Origin: an uncultured Anaerolineales bacterium
Lineage (GTDB): Bacteria > Chloroflexota > Anaerolineae > Anaerolineales > RBG-16-64-43
Assembly (NCBI GenBank): GCA_964521085.1
Contig: CAZFPL010000008.1
Location: forward strand, 946-64,945
DNA length: 64,000 nt
Direction of reading: 5' to 3'
Part shown: positions 25,485 to 35,328 of the stretch, piece after piece
Layout of the letters: the number at the start of each line of letters is the position of its first letter
How positions within the stretch are numbered: position 1 is the stretch's first letter
Notes under the pieces: model-generated
Database searches by the model: none
Seen by the model: the letters and a program-made list of their open reading frames with translations, nothing else
Told to the model about the DNA's origin: nothing
Made by a program: the position numbers and the translations under genes

Positions 25485-27122
25485 ATGAGAAACACATATA
25501 AGCATTTGTTCCTGGCAGTCGTGCTTATGGCGCTGTTCCTGAGCGCTTGCGCCACAGCGACCGCCGTCGCCCCGACGGTTGCCCAGAACACGCTCGCCCC
25601 GTCGGAGATCCCGCCGACTCCCGAGCCGACCGAAATCCAGCCCGCGACAATTTCTTTGTGGGCGGCCGGACGGGTTTCCGAGGCGGATGATCCGCCGGCG
25701 GACTGGGTCGTCTACGACATCCTCAAGGAGAAGCTGAAGATCACGCTGGACCTTGTGGTGATGAAGGGCGGCAACGACGATATGAACCAGAAGATCAACA
25801 CTGCGGCCGCCGCAAATGATCTTCCGGATCTCTTCTTCGTGAACCGCGATGCCTGGTACGCCCTTGTGGGGCAGGGTCTGATTGCGCAGGTCGATGACCT
25901 GCTGCCGCTGATGCCGACCCGCACCGCAACCCACTACAGCGACCCGAACCGCAACCGGCTCGTGACGATCGACGGCAAAATGTACGGTCTGCCGGACCCG
26001 GGACAGATCCCGACCACCGACGGTCTGGTGATCCGCAAGGACTGGCTGGATAAGCTTGGCCTAGCGATGCCCAAGACCCTGGACGAACTGATCGCGGTGG
26101 CGCGCGCTTTCACCACGCAGGATCCGGACGGCAACGGCAAGAACGACACCTACGGATTCGGCGCGTATCCTGAAATGGCCGGTGTTCCGGAAAACGGGCT
26201 CGGCCGACGGTTCGACTACATGATGGGAGCTTTCGGCGTTGCTGGAATGTGGAATGTCACCCAAGATGCCTTCGGTCTGAACGTCTACAATCCCTCCTTC
26301 CTCGAAGCGCTGAAGGTCGTGCGCCAGATCAATGTCGAGGGTTTGATCACCCCGGACTGGCCGACCCTGAAGAAAGACGATTTCCGCGCCAAATGGAAGC
26401 AGGGCCAGTGGGGAATCATGAGGGAGAACTTCGCCGCCCTCTCCACCAAGGCCAACTATAAAGACTTTGATGCGAATAATCCCACGGGCGAATGGGTTGT
26501 CCTGCCTCCGCCCACCGGACCGGCCGGGCTGAGCTCGGAAGGCCTCTCCAATCAATCGGCGCGCATCTACGCCGTCTCGCAGAAGGCGATCGACGAGGGC
26601 AAGGGTGAGGCCATCGCCCGGTTCCTCGAATGGACCGCCCAAGATGAAGGTTACTACCTGCTGGGCTTCGGCGTAAAGGGCGAGAACTACAACCTGGATG
26701 CCAACGGCTTCATCACCCTCGAAGGCATCGACCCGGCGAAAGCCTGGACCGCCAAGGAAATGCAGCCCTACACCCAGCTGGCGAATATGGTCTACATCTT
26801 CACCGAAGTGGAGCTGCGCGCCCGGTATCCCGAACATCAAACTGCGAACGGCCGGACGATCAAACCGCTTGACTTCCTGGCCGGTTTCACCGCGCAGAAC
26901 TGGACGGAGTGCACCGCCTCCGGGATTATCAATCCGCCCGAAAACTGGGGCGATCTCCAGACAAGATACAACGAGGGTATCCAAGCGTTCGTCCTGGATG
27001 TCGATAATGAGATCACCCAGGAAGCCTGGGATGCTTTCCTCGCTGATCTGAATAGTATGGGCGCGAAGGACTGGGAAGTAGCTGCCCGAGACATACTGAC
27101 TGCCGCCGGATATCTTAAGTAA
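25485..27122 (+). CDS. lplA: Extracellular solute-binding lipoprotein, LplA type (large, ~545 aa)
   Basis: AGGAGG lies upstream of the start. Signal plus lipobox FLSAC. The size and position next to LplB/C-type permeases fit LplA-type binding proteins. Confidence 0.8.
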   Translation: MRNTYKHLFLAVVLMALFLSACATATAVAPTVAQNTLAPSEIPPTPEPTEIQPATISLWAAGRVSEADDPPADWVVYDILKEKLKITLDLVVMKGGNDDMNQKINTAAAANDLPDLFFVNRDAWYALVGQGLIAQVDDLLPLMPTRTATHYSDPNRNRLVTIDGKMYGLPDPGQIPTTDGLVIRKDWLDKLGLAMPKTLDELIAVARAFTTQDPDGNGKNDTYGFGAYPEMAGVPENGLGRRFDYMMGAFGVAGMWNVTQDAFGLNVYNPSFLEALKVVRQINVEGLITPDWPTLKKDDFRAKWKQGQWGIMRENFAALSTKANYKDFDANNPTGEWVVLPPPTGPAGLSSEGLSNQSARIYAVSQKAIDEGKGEAIARFLEWTAQDEGYYLLGFGVKGENYNLDANGFITLEGIDPAKAWTAKEMQPYTQLANMVYIFTEVELRARYPEHQTANGRTIKPLDFLAGFTAQNWTECTASGIINPPENWGDLQTRYNEGIQAFVLDVDNEITQEAWDAFLADLNSMGAKDWEVAARDILTAAGYLK

Positions 27123-27209
27123 CAACAAGACGGCACGCATTTCCTCATCTCGTACGTTGGGCGGCCTTGTGCCGCCCAACGTACAGATGGAGATGGAGCA
27201 CCGGACCGC

Positions 27210-28598
27210 ATGGCCGCCACGGAACTGAAGATCACCTACATCGGGGGAGGGAGCCGCGATTGGGCGCGCAAGCTGATGTTCGACCTTGCGCGATGCCCGG
27301 ATCTCCGCGGCCGGATGGCACTCTACGATATCGACTCTGAAGCCGCACGGTTGAATGAGACGTTCGGTAACTGGCTGCAAGCTCGGCCGGGCGTCGTTTC
27401 CCACTGGCGATACGAAACGGCCTCCACCCTGGATGAAGCACTCCGGGGCGCGGATTTTATCGTCATCTCCATCCAGCCCGGCCCGCTGGAACTCATGGCG
27501 CAGGAGATCGCCATCGCCGACGAATACGGAATGTTCTTCCCGGTCGGAGACACCAGCGGCGCCCCGGGGTTGATCCGCGGACTGCGGTCGGCCGTGATCT
27601 ATGCGGGATTCGCCGATGCGATCGCGAGGATCTGCCCGCGGGCGTGGATCATCAACTACACCAATCCGATGGCCATCTGCACCCGCACCCTTGCGAAAGT
27701 CGCACCGTCGCTGAAAGTGTTCGGCTGCTGTCATGAGGTGTTCAGCACGCAGAGAATGCTCGCGGGGCTGGTCGGCCGGTACTGGGGCGTTTCCCCCGAG
27801 CCGGGCCGCCGCGAAATGCAATGCAATGTGGTTGGAATAAACCACTTTACCTGGATCGACCGTTGTGAGTACCAGGGACGGGATGTACTGGAACTGGTAA
27901 AGCATCACATCACCCAACCCGGAACGGTTCGATCGTATACCCAAGCCGAAGTGGAGAGTTGGAACGATTGGTTCCACAGTGCGGACCAGGTTAAGTTCGC
28001 GCTCCTGCCGCGCTTCGGCCTTTTGGCGGCCGCCGGTGACCGTCATCTGGTGGAATTCCTGCCGGGTTTCACCCGTTCGATCGAGGGGCTTTTCCGCTGG
28101 GGCGTCATCCGTACTCCGGTTTCCTACCGGATCGAGCGCTGGCGCTCCGCACCGCAAAAAACGCGCGACCTGATGGACGGCCGCACACCCCTGGAACTGA
28201 AAGGGAGCGGGGAAGAAGGCGTAGAACAGATCAAGGCGATTGTGGGATTGGGGGAGTTGAACTCCAACGTCAACCTGTCGAATCGGGGACAGATTGCCAA
28301 TCTGCCCTTGGGTGCCGTTGTGGAAACGAATGCACATTTCGGGCGTGACGAAGTCCGCCCGTTGGACGCCGGTTCGCTGCCGCCGGGATTGGCGACGCTG
28401 ATCGCCCGGCACTGTGCCGATCAGGAAATGGTCGTCGATGCCGCGCTGACCAAAAAACCGGAGTTGGCGTTCCAGGCCGTGTACGGAGATCCGACCAACA
28501 TCCTGGATGTGGATGCGGCCTGGGAAATGTTCCGGCGGATGATTGCGCTCAACCGCGTTTTTCTTCCCGGTTGGAAACTCGGCGGCGCGGCCGTCTGA
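27210..28598 (+). CDS. lplD: GH4 alpha-galacturonidase (LplD-like)
   Basis: KITYIGGGSRDWARKLM, ALYDIDSEAA, WIINYTNPM, GCCHEVF, GINHFTW, AAGDRHLVEFLPG, SGEEGV and LGELNSNVNLSNRGQI run collinear with B. subtilis LplD as I recall it. Confidence 0.88.
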   Translation: MAATELKITYIGGGSRDWARKLMFDLARCPDLRGRMALYDIDSEAARLNETFGNWLQARPGVVSHWRYETASTLDEALRGADFIVISIQPGPLELMAQEIAIADEYGMFFPVGDTSGAPGLIRGLRSAVIYAGFADAIARICPRAWIINYTNPMAICTRTLAKVAPSLKVFGCCHEVFSTQRMLAGLVGRYWGVSPEPGRREMQCNVVGINHFTWIDRCEYQGRDVLELVKHHITQPGTVRSYTQAEVESWNDWFHSADQVKFALLPRFGLLAAAGDRHLVEFLPGFTRSIEGLFRWGVIRTPVSYRIERWRSAPQKTRDLMDGRTPLELKGSGEEGVEQIKAIVGLGELNSNVNLSNRGQIANLPLGAVVETNAHFGRDEVRPLDAGSLPPGLATLIARHCADQEMVVDAALTKKPELAFQAVYGDPTNILDVDAAWEMFRRMIALNRVFLPGWKLGGAAV

Positions 28599-28650
28599 TT
28601 GGATGCGGGAATTCGGATTTCCCGCATCTCGGAAAATGACGATAAGGATC

Positions 28651-29784
28651 ATGGAGAAGAAGACGAACGCTCCCGAACCAAACTGGTCCACCCGGATGGC
28701 GGATTCCGTTATGCGGCGCTATTCCGCGGACAAGACGTGGTGGCATTATGAAGAAGGCCTGGTGATGAAAGCCATCGCCGAGACCGCCGCCGCCGCGGGT
28801 GATCCACGGTATGGCCGGTTTGTGCGGGAATGGGTGGATTTGTGGGTGGCCCCCGACGGAAGCATTCGCACGTACCGGCTCGAGGAATTCAATCTCGATC
28901 AAATCTTTCCCGGCCGGCTTCTGTTCTCCATTCACCGGCAGACAGGACAGGAGCGGTACCGCACAGCGATCGAACTCCTGCGGGAACAGCTGCGCCGTCA
29001 GCCGCGCACGAAGGGCGGAGGATTCTGGCACAAGCAAATCTACCCGCACCAGATGTGGCTGGACGGCATCTATATGGCCGATCCGTTTTATGCGGAGTAT
29101 GCATCCGCGTTCGATGAGCCCGCCGCATTCGAAGATATCGCATCCCAGATCGCTTTGATCGAAAGCCAGACTCGGGATCCGAAAACCGGACTGCTGTATC
29201 ACGGCTGGGATGAAAGCCGGAAGCAGCGCTGGGCCAACCCCGAGACTGGTGGTTCTCCCCATTTCTGGGGGCGGGGGATGGGATGGTTCGCCATGGCGGT
29301 CGTCGACGTTCTGGATTTTTTCCCCAGGGATCATGCGGGGCGGGCTGTCCTGGGCGCCATTCTGGAACGTGCCGCCCGGGCGATCGCAAGCGTGCAAGAG
29401 AATGCGACCGGCCTTTGGTATCAAGTTCTCGATCGAGCCGGGAGCCCGGGAAATTACCGGGAATCTTCCGCCTCCGCGATGTTCGCCTACGCGTTCGCGA
29501 AGGGAGTGCGTAAAAAAATTCTGCCCTCGGAATATTTGGCGAACGCAAGGCGGGCTTTCCGCGGGCTTGTGGATCACCGGGTTAAGCGTGATCCGGAAGG
29601 ATTATTTTCGCTGGAAGGAATTTGCGCGGTCGCCGGGTTGGGAGGAGAGCCGTACCGGGATGGATCCTATGAATATTATGTCGAGGAAAAGGCCGTGGCG
29701 AACGATCCGAAGGGTATGGGACCCTTCATCCTGGCGGCTTTGGAGTTGGAGGCTGCGGGAAACGAGAAACTTCCGCAGGAGTAG
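28651..29784 (+). CDS. GH105 unsaturated rhamnogalacturonyl hydrolase (YteR/YesR-like)
   Basis: GGFWHKQIYPHQMWLDGIYMADPF, KTGLLYHGWDESRKQRWANPETGGSPHFWGRGMGW and TGLWYQVLD match YteR. The start was taken at ATG 28651, after the stop of the preceding gene. Confidence 0.88.
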   Translation: MEKKTNAPEPNWSTRMADSVMRRYSADKTWWHYEEGLVMKAIAETAAAAGDPRYGRFVREWVDLWVAPDGSIRTYRLEEFNLDQIFPGRLLFSIHRQTGQERYRTAIELLREQLRRQPRTKGGGFWHKQIYPHQMWLDGIYMADPFYAEYASAFDEPAAFEDIASQIALIESQTRDPKTGLLYHGWDESRKQRWANPETGGSPHFWGRGMGWFAMAVVDVLDFFPRDHAGRAVLGAILERAARAIASVQENATGLWYQVLDRAGSPGNYRESSASAMFAYAFAKGVRKKILPSEYLANARRAFRGLVDHRVKRDPEGLFSLEGICAVAGLGGEPYRDGSYEYYVEEKAVANDPKGMGPFILAALELEAAGNEKLPQE

Positions 29785-29788
29785 CCGG

Positions 29789-31333
29789 ATGCCGTCTGCG
29801 CCCGAAATGAAGCCGCAAAACATCCATTTCAACGTCCGCGAGTACGGCGCTGTGGGCGACGGCCGGACTTTGGAAACCGCGGCATTGCAGGCGGCCATCG
29901 ATGCCTGCCAGAGCCGGGGCGGCGGGATGGTGTTTTTCCCGGCCGGAAAATACCTGACCGGATCACTCTTCCTGCACAATGATGTTCACCTGCATCTCGA
30001 CGCGGGGGCCGTTCTGCTGGGCAGCGAAAATCCGGAGGATTATCCGATCCTCGATCACCGTTGGGAAGGCGCGGAACAGGCGACGTATGCACCGCTTCTC
30101 ACAGGCCAGCATTTAAAAAATATTACAGTCTCCGGCCGCGGGCGGATCGACGGGCAGGGCGGCGTTTGGTGGCGGCGGCATAAGGATAAATCGCTGAAAT
30201 ATCCGCGGCCGCGGTTGATTTCCTTTGCGGATTGCGAGAATGTCCTCATCGAAGGCGTGACGCTGGTCAATTCGCCCAGTTGGACGATCAATCCGGTCCG
30301 CTGTTCCAACCTGACGGTACGCGGGGTGACGATCGATAATCCCTCCGATTCACCGAACACCGACGGGATCAACCCGGATTCCTGCCAGCATGTACGCATC
30401 TCGGACTGCTACGTGAGTGCGGGCGACGATTGCATCACGCTGAAGGCGGGCAGCGAAGACGAACACCCGGACCGGCGGGCTCCCTGCCGCGATATCACCA
30501 TCGTCAATTGCACCCTGGCCCACGGACACGGCGGGGTGGTGATCGGGAGTGAAATGAACGGCGGGGTGCAGAACGTGGTCATTTCGAATTGCATCTTCAC
30601 CGGCACCGACCGCGGTATCCGGCTGAAATCGCGGCGCGGGCGCGGGGGGATCGTCGAGGATATCCGCGCCAGCAACCTGATTATGACGGATGTGCTTTGC
30701 CCGTTCACGATGAACCTGTATTACGGATGCGGGGCCTGGGGCGATCCGGTCGTCTCCGACAAGGGACCGCAGCCGCTGGATGAAGGAACCCCGCGCATCC
30801 GGCGCATCCATCTGAGCCACATCACCGCCCGCGGGGTGAAATACGCCGCCGGCTTTTTTTACGGATTGCCCGAAATGCCGGCGGAAGAAATCTCGCTCAG
30901 CGATATTTCGGTCAGTTTGGCGGCGGACACGGAAGCCGGGTATCCGGAAATGGCCGACGGGCTGGAGCGGATGAAACAGGCTGGATTCTTCATACGCAAT
31001 GTGCGGGGCCTGGCGCTTGAGCATGTGGAAATCAGCGGCCAGACGGGGCCGGCGTTCCGGCTTGTCGATATCGAAGGAGGAACGATCAGCGCCTGCGGAA
31101 CGCCCACGCCGGATCCGCAGGCTCCGGTGATGGATCTGAACAACGTATCCAATGCCCTGGTGAATTCCTGCCGTACGACCCCGGGGACGGGGGTGTTCCT
31201 GCACTTGGGGGGTCCGCAAACCGGAAGAATCACACTGGCCGGAAACGATTTGAATCTGGCGCGCAAAGCGCTGGATCTGGCGGATGATGTGCCGCCCGGC
31301 TCGGTCGAACCGGATCCCCACGGAGGAAAATGA
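29789..31333 (+). CDS. GH28 (exo-)polygalacturonase
   Basis: NVREYGAVGDGRTLETAALQAAIDAC, NSPSWTINP, NTDGINPDS, SAGDDCITLKAG, HGGVVIGSE and RGIRLKS are GH28 catalytic motifs. The start was taken at ATG 29789, since the track ORF overlaps the previous gene. Confidence 0.88.
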   Translation: MPSAPEMKPQNIHFNVREYGAVGDGRTLETAALQAAIDACQSRGGGMVFFPAGKYLTGSLFLHNDVHLHLDAGAVLLGSENPEDYPILDHRWEGAEQATYAPLLTGQHLKNITVSGRGRIDGQGGVWWRRHKDKSLKYPRPRLISFADCENVLIEGVTLVNSPSWTINPVRCSNLTVRGVTIDNPSDSPNTDGINPDSCQHVRISDCYVSAGDDCITLKAGSEDEHPDRRAPCRDITIVNCTLAHGHGGVVIGSEMNGGVQNVVISNCIFTGTDRGIRLKSRRGRGGIVEDIRASNLIMTDVLCPFTMNLYYGCGAWGDPVVSDKGPQPLDEGTPRIRRIHLSHITARGVKYAAGFFYGLPEMPAEEISLSDISVSLAADTEAGYPEMADGLERMKQAGFFIRNVRGLALEHVEISGQTGPAFRLVDIEGGTISACGTPTPDPQAPVMDLNNVSNALVNSCRTTPGTGVFLHLGGPQTGRITLAGNDLNLARKALDLADDVPPGSVEPDPHGGK

Positions 31334-32328
31334 CACTCCCGCCGTTTGGATTGCAGCATCATCTGGATTCTCTGTATGATGACTGCAGGAGGCGATCGAT
31401 TCCCGGCGCGCAGGAAACCATGCGCGAAGAATTCCGGAGATGTCTGGGATTGGCGGGGAGGGAACTCCCGCCGGTGACGGCGGAAGTTTTGCACTCCGTC
31501 GTCCGGGAGACGCATGTCGAAGAAAAAATCCGGCTGACTGCCGGAGAAGGTGTTTCCATCCCGGTCTACGTCTTGGTACCCAAGGCGCGGCCGTCCTTCA
31601 AACCAGTGCTGGTCTTCCCGGGCCATGAGCCCGGGATCCAGGAATGCATCGGAAACTACGCCGATCCGGAGACGGCTCGGACCCACCGGGCAGCGAATGA
31701 CAACTATGCGGAATTCCTGGCCGGTTGCGGGTATTTGGTCGCTGCCGTTGAACAGCGCGGGTTGGGAGAACGCCGGACGGGTCCGGCGACGGAGGAGGAA
31801 ACGCAACGATCCTGCAGAGAACTCTCGTTTGCCTACATGCTGATGGGCCGGACCCTGATGGGCGAACGCTGCTGGGATGGAATGTGCGCCGCCACCTACC
31901 TGCTATCCCGATCGGATGTGATTCCGGGCGGGTTTGGATGCACCGGTCACTCGGGCGGAGGGGCGACGGCGCTGTGGCTCGCGGTACTGGACGAGCGGAT
32001 CCGCGCGACGGTGGTTTCCGGATATTTCTGTTCGTTCCGGGATTCGATCCTTTCGATCGACCATTGCGAATGCAACTACATTCCGGGTATTCTAAATTTG
32101 GCGGAGATGGGCGGGCTTGCGGCATTGCTGGCGCCCCGGCCTTTCTGCGCCGTGAACGGTGAACTGGATCCGATTTTTCCGATTGACGGAGCCGTCCGTG
32201 AGTTCGAGACGGTCCGGCAGGCGTACGCACGGCACGGCGCGGGGGAAGCCTGCAAGCTGGAAGTCCATCCCGGCGGGCACATGTACCAAAACGAGGCAAG
32301 CCGGTCCTGGTTGGCGCGCTGGTTGTAG
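31330..32328 (+). CDS. Alpha/beta-hydrolase, putative carbohydrate esterase
   Basis: ATGA overlap with the GH28 stop. The nucleophile elbow reads GHSGGG. The dienelactone hydrolase/acetyl-esterase-like layout and its pectin-locus context support the call. Confidence 0.6.
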   Translation: MTLPPFGLQHHLDSLYDDCRRRSIPGAQETMREEFRRCLGLAGRELPPVTAEVLHSVVRETHVEEKIRLTAGEGVSIPVYVLVPKARPSFKPVLVFPGHEPGIQECIGNYADPETARTHRAANDNYAEFLAGCGYLVAAVEQRGLGERRTGPATEEETQRSCRELSFAYMLMGRTLMGERCWDGMCAATYLLSRSDVIPGGFGCTGHSGGGATALWLAVLDERIRATVVSGYFCSFRDSILSIDHCECNYIPGILNLAEMGGLAALLAPRPFCAVNGELDPIFPIDGAVREFETVRQAYARHGAGEACKLEVHPGGHMYQNEASRSWLARWL

Positions 32329-32349
32329 AAAATTCTTTGGAGTGGGAAT

Positions 32350-33381
32350 ATGAAAATCGTAACCTTCGGTGAAATCATGCTGCGGCTTTCACCGCCGGGA
32401 TTCCAACGCTTCCGGCAGGCGCGTTCCTTCGAGGTTGTTTATGGAGGCGGCGAATCCAATGTGGCGGTCTCCCTCGCGGATTTCGGCGATACGGCCGAGT
32501 TCGTCACCCGCCTTCCGCAAAACGATTTAGGCGAAGCATGCCTGGCCGCGTTGCGCGCCCGCGGCGTGTTGACCCAGCATGTGGTGCGGGGCGGCGACAG
32601 GCTTGGAATCTATTTCCTTGAAAACGGTGCGGCGCAGCGCGGCAGCAAGGTCATCTATGACCGGGCCGGCTCCAGCTTCGCCGGCATCCAGCCCGGAATG
32701 GTCGATTGGCCGGCGGTGCTTGCGGATGCCGATTGGTTCCATTGGACCGGGATCACCCCCGCGGTCTCGCAGTCCGCGGCGGAGACATGCCTGGAAGCGG
32801 TGAAAGCCGCCAAGCGTCTGGGAAAAACCGTATCGTGCGATCTGAACTACCGCGCGAAACTTTGGAAGTGGGGAAAACAGGCGGGCGAAGTGATGGCGGA
32901 GTTGGTCTCGCAGTGCGATATGGCTGTTGGAAACGAGGAGGATGCCGACAAGGTCTTCGGTATCCGGGCTCCGGAATCCAATGTCGCCGCGGGCAAAGTG
33001 GAAGCGGAGAAATACCGGTTTGTCTGCGAGGCATTGGCCAAACGTTTCCCCGGCCTGCAAACGATCGCCATCACCCTGCGCGGATCGCTGTCAGCCAGTC
33101 ATAACACCTGGTCGGGCGTGCTGTGGACAAAGAACGGCTTTCACACCGCTCCCGTGTACGACATCATCCCGGTGGTGGACCGAGTAGGGGCCGGTGACGC
33201 ATTCAACGGCGGTTTGATCCACGGGCTGCGGGCTTACCCGGGCGATCCGCAGAAGGCTTTGCGTTTCGCGGTCGCCGCATCCTGCCTGAAACACAGCGTC
33301 CCGGGCGATGCCAACGTTGTCACGGCTGCGGAAGTCGAGCAACTGATGGAAGGCGACACCTCCGGACGGGTATCCCGGTAA
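32350..33381 (+). CDS. kdgK: 2-dehydro-3-deoxygluconokinase (PfkB family)
   Basis: MKIVTFGEIMLRLSPPG...YGGGESNVAVSLADFG at the N-terminus and VDRVGAGDAFNGGLIHGL at the C-terminus. Confidence 0.85.
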   Translation: MKIVTFGEIMLRLSPPGFQRFRQARSFEVVYGGGESNVAVSLADFGDTAEFVTRLPQNDLGEACLAALRARGVLTQHVVRGGDRLGIYFLENGAAQRGSKVIYDRAGSSFAGIQPGMVDWPAVLADADWFHWTGITPAVSQSAAETCLEAVKAAKRLGKTVSCDLNYRAKLWKWGKQAGEVMAELVSQCDMAVGNEEDADKVFGIRAPESNVAAGKVEAEKYRFVCEALAKRFPGLQTIAITLRGSLSASHNTWSGVLWTKNGFHTAPVYDIIPVVDRVGAGDAFNGGLIHGLRAYPGDPQKALRFAVAASCLKHSVPGDANVVTAAEVEQLMEGDTSGRVSR

Positions 33382-33386
33382 TCGAA

Positions 33387-34301
33387 ATGCGATTGGTGAC
33401 GTTTTCGCGGAACGATCAGGTGCGAATCGGAGTGCAATTGACGCGCTCCGGCCGGAATTTCATACTGGATCTGAACCGGGTGCAGCCTGCATTGCCGGAA
33501 AAGATGAACGCGTTTTTGGCTGCCGGCGAGCCGGCGCAGGCAATCGCCCGGCGGGCGATGAAGGAGGCCAAAGAGAAGGATCTTCTACCCGAGGAGGATG
33601 TGCGGCTTCTGGCGCCTGTTCCGAATCCGGGCAAGCTTATTTGTCTCGGGCACAATTACCACGATCACATGGGCAAAGGCCGCAGCCAGCCGCCGGAATT
33701 TCCGACCTTCTTTTGCAAAACCGGCAATACGGTCATCGGGCCGGGATCTCCGATCGTGATCCCGCCCGCAACCAAACAGGCGGATTTCGAGGCCGAGTTG
33801 GCGGTGGTAATCGGGCGGCGAACGCGCCGGATATCGGAACGGGAAGCCCGGGCATCCGTTGCGGGATACACCATCTTCAACGACATAAGCGCCCGGGATT
33901 ATCAGAAGCGCACCAGCCAATGGATGATCGGAAAGTCGTTCGACACGTTCGGCCCGATGGGGCCCGTGCTGGTGACGGCGGATGAAATACCCGATCCGCA
34001 CCGCCTGGACTTGACTCTGAACCTGAATGGAGTTCAGCGGCAGAAAACCAACACCCGCCGGATGATCTTTACCATCCCGTTCCTGATCGCATATCTCAGC
34101 GCGGTCATGACACTGGATCCGGGGGATGTGATCGCCACCGGAACCCCGGCGCGCACACCGGCGCCGCCGGGAGCGCCCGAATTCCTGCAACCGGGGGACA
34201 TGGTCCGGATTACGATCGAGAGCATCGGCGAGTTGGCCAATCCCATCATCGCGGAGGAGACGGTTTCTCCGGAGGAACGGCCGCAAGCGCGGAAAGGATG
34301 A
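33387..34301 (+). CDS. Fumarylacetoacetate hydrolase (FAH) family protein
   Basis: KLICLGHNYHDH, PTFFCK, DFEAELAVVIGR, NDISARD, GKSFDTFGPMGP and GDVIATGTP are FAH-fold motifs. Confidence 0.85.
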   Translation: MRLVTFSRNDQVRIGVQLTRSGRNFILDLNRVQPALPEKMNAFLAAGEPAQAIARRAMKEAKEKDLLPEEDVRLLAPVPNPGKLICLGHNYHDHMGKGRSQPPEFPTFFCKTGNTVIGPGSPIVIPPATKQADFEAELAVVIGRRTRRISEREARASVAGYTIFNDISARDYQKRTSQWMIGKSFDTFGPMGPVLVTADEIPDPHRLDLTLNLNGVQRQKTNTRRMIFTIPFLIAYLSAVMTLDPGDVIATGTPARTPAPPGAPEFLQPGDMVRITIESIGELANPIIAEETVSPEERPQARKG

Positions 34302-34305
34302 TCCT

Positions 34306-35328
34306 ATGGCGCGATTTCAACGTTTGGAAGTGACGGGCAGCATTCTCGAAACCGGTTTGCTGCCGCTGTTCTATAACGGCGATCTGAACACCGCCATCGA
34401 GTCGGTTGCGGCCTGCGCCCGGGGCGGCGCTCGGGCCGTGGAATTCACCAACCGCGGCGAGGCCGCGTATTCCGTGTTCGGCGAATTGGTGCGGCATTTC
34501 GCGAAGGCGGATCCTTCCATCATCCTGGGAGTCGGATCGGTGATGGATGCGCCCACGGCCGCGCTGTACCTGGCCGCCGGGGCGAACTTTATCGTCGGAC
34601 CCAGCCTGAATCCCGAGATCTCGCGCCTGTGCAACCGGCGGAAAATCCTCTACCTCCCGGGGTGCGCCACCGAAACCGAGATTGCCACCGCGGAGGAACT
34701 GGGCGCCGAAATCTGCAAAATATTTCCGGGGGATGCCGCCGGCGGGCCGAAATTCATCAGCGCGGTCATGGCTCCCTGCCCGTGGCACCGGCTGCTTCCG
34801 ACGGGCGGAGTCGACGCCACCGAACCGAACGTCACCGAGTGGATCAAAGCCGGAGCGGCGGCGCTGGGCATGGGCAGCAAGCTGGTCACCGCAGCGCTGG
34901 TTTCAGCGCACGATTTCGACGGATTAGCCGCGAAGACCGCAGAATGCATCGGCTGGATCCAAAAAGCCCGTGGAGCGCCGGCCTTCCTGGGGATCGAGCA
35001 TATCGGTTTGTATCCGCACCGGACGGATGCAAAGACTCTCAACGATTGGTATGCCAAGACGTTCGGATGGGAGAGCAAGGAAGGCGGCAGTTCCTTCTTC
35101 CTCTCCGCCGCCGGGCCGGGCCGCATGGAAGTGATGAAGGCTTCCAAGGATGCTCCGATGCACATTGCAATTCGCGTCTCGAACTTCGAGGAAGCCGTGG
35201 CCGCCCTGAAGGCGAAGGGGATTGGAATCAAGGATCCCGTCCTTAAGCCGGAATCCAAATCCGCCTACCTCGAGACCGCCGATCCGGATGGAAATCTCGT
35301 GCACCTGTTGTGGACTCCGAAAAAATGA
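34306..35328 (+). CDS. eda: KDPG/KHG aldolase (Eda) fused to a C-terminal VOC (glyoxalase-fold) domain
   Basis: The N-terminal ~215 aa read GARAVEFTNR...GVGSV...FIVGP...LPGCATETE...KIFPG...LLPTGGV. The C-terminal ~120 aa read IEHIGLYP...HIAIRVSNFEEAVAALKAKGI...YLETADPDGNLVHLL. Confidence 0.8.
   Translation: MARFQRLEVTGSILETGLLPLFYNGDLNTAIESVAACARGGARAVEFTNRGEAAYSVFGELVRHFAKADPSIILGVGSVMDAPTAALYLAAGANFIVGPSLNPEISRLCNRRKILYLPGCATETEIATAEELGAEICKIFPGDAAGGPKFISAVMAPCPWHRLLPTGGVDATEPNVTEWIKAGAAALGMGSKLVTAALVSAHDFDGLAAKTAECIGWIQKARGAPAFLGIEHIGLYPHRTDAKTLNDWYAKTFGWESKEGGSSFFLSAAGPGRMEVMKASKDAPMHIAIRVSNFEEAVAALKAKGIGIKDPVLKPESKSAYLETADPDGNLVHLLWTPKK

Noticed and set aside
26061-28691. 876-aa minus-strand ORF, the longest unexplained ORF in the track
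   Set aside because: It lies entirely antisense to the well-supported lplA-type SBP, GH4 and GH105 genes. Its composition is dominated by R/G/P/H/D runs with no recognisable motif and no RBS. This is the typical shadow ORF of high-GC DNA.
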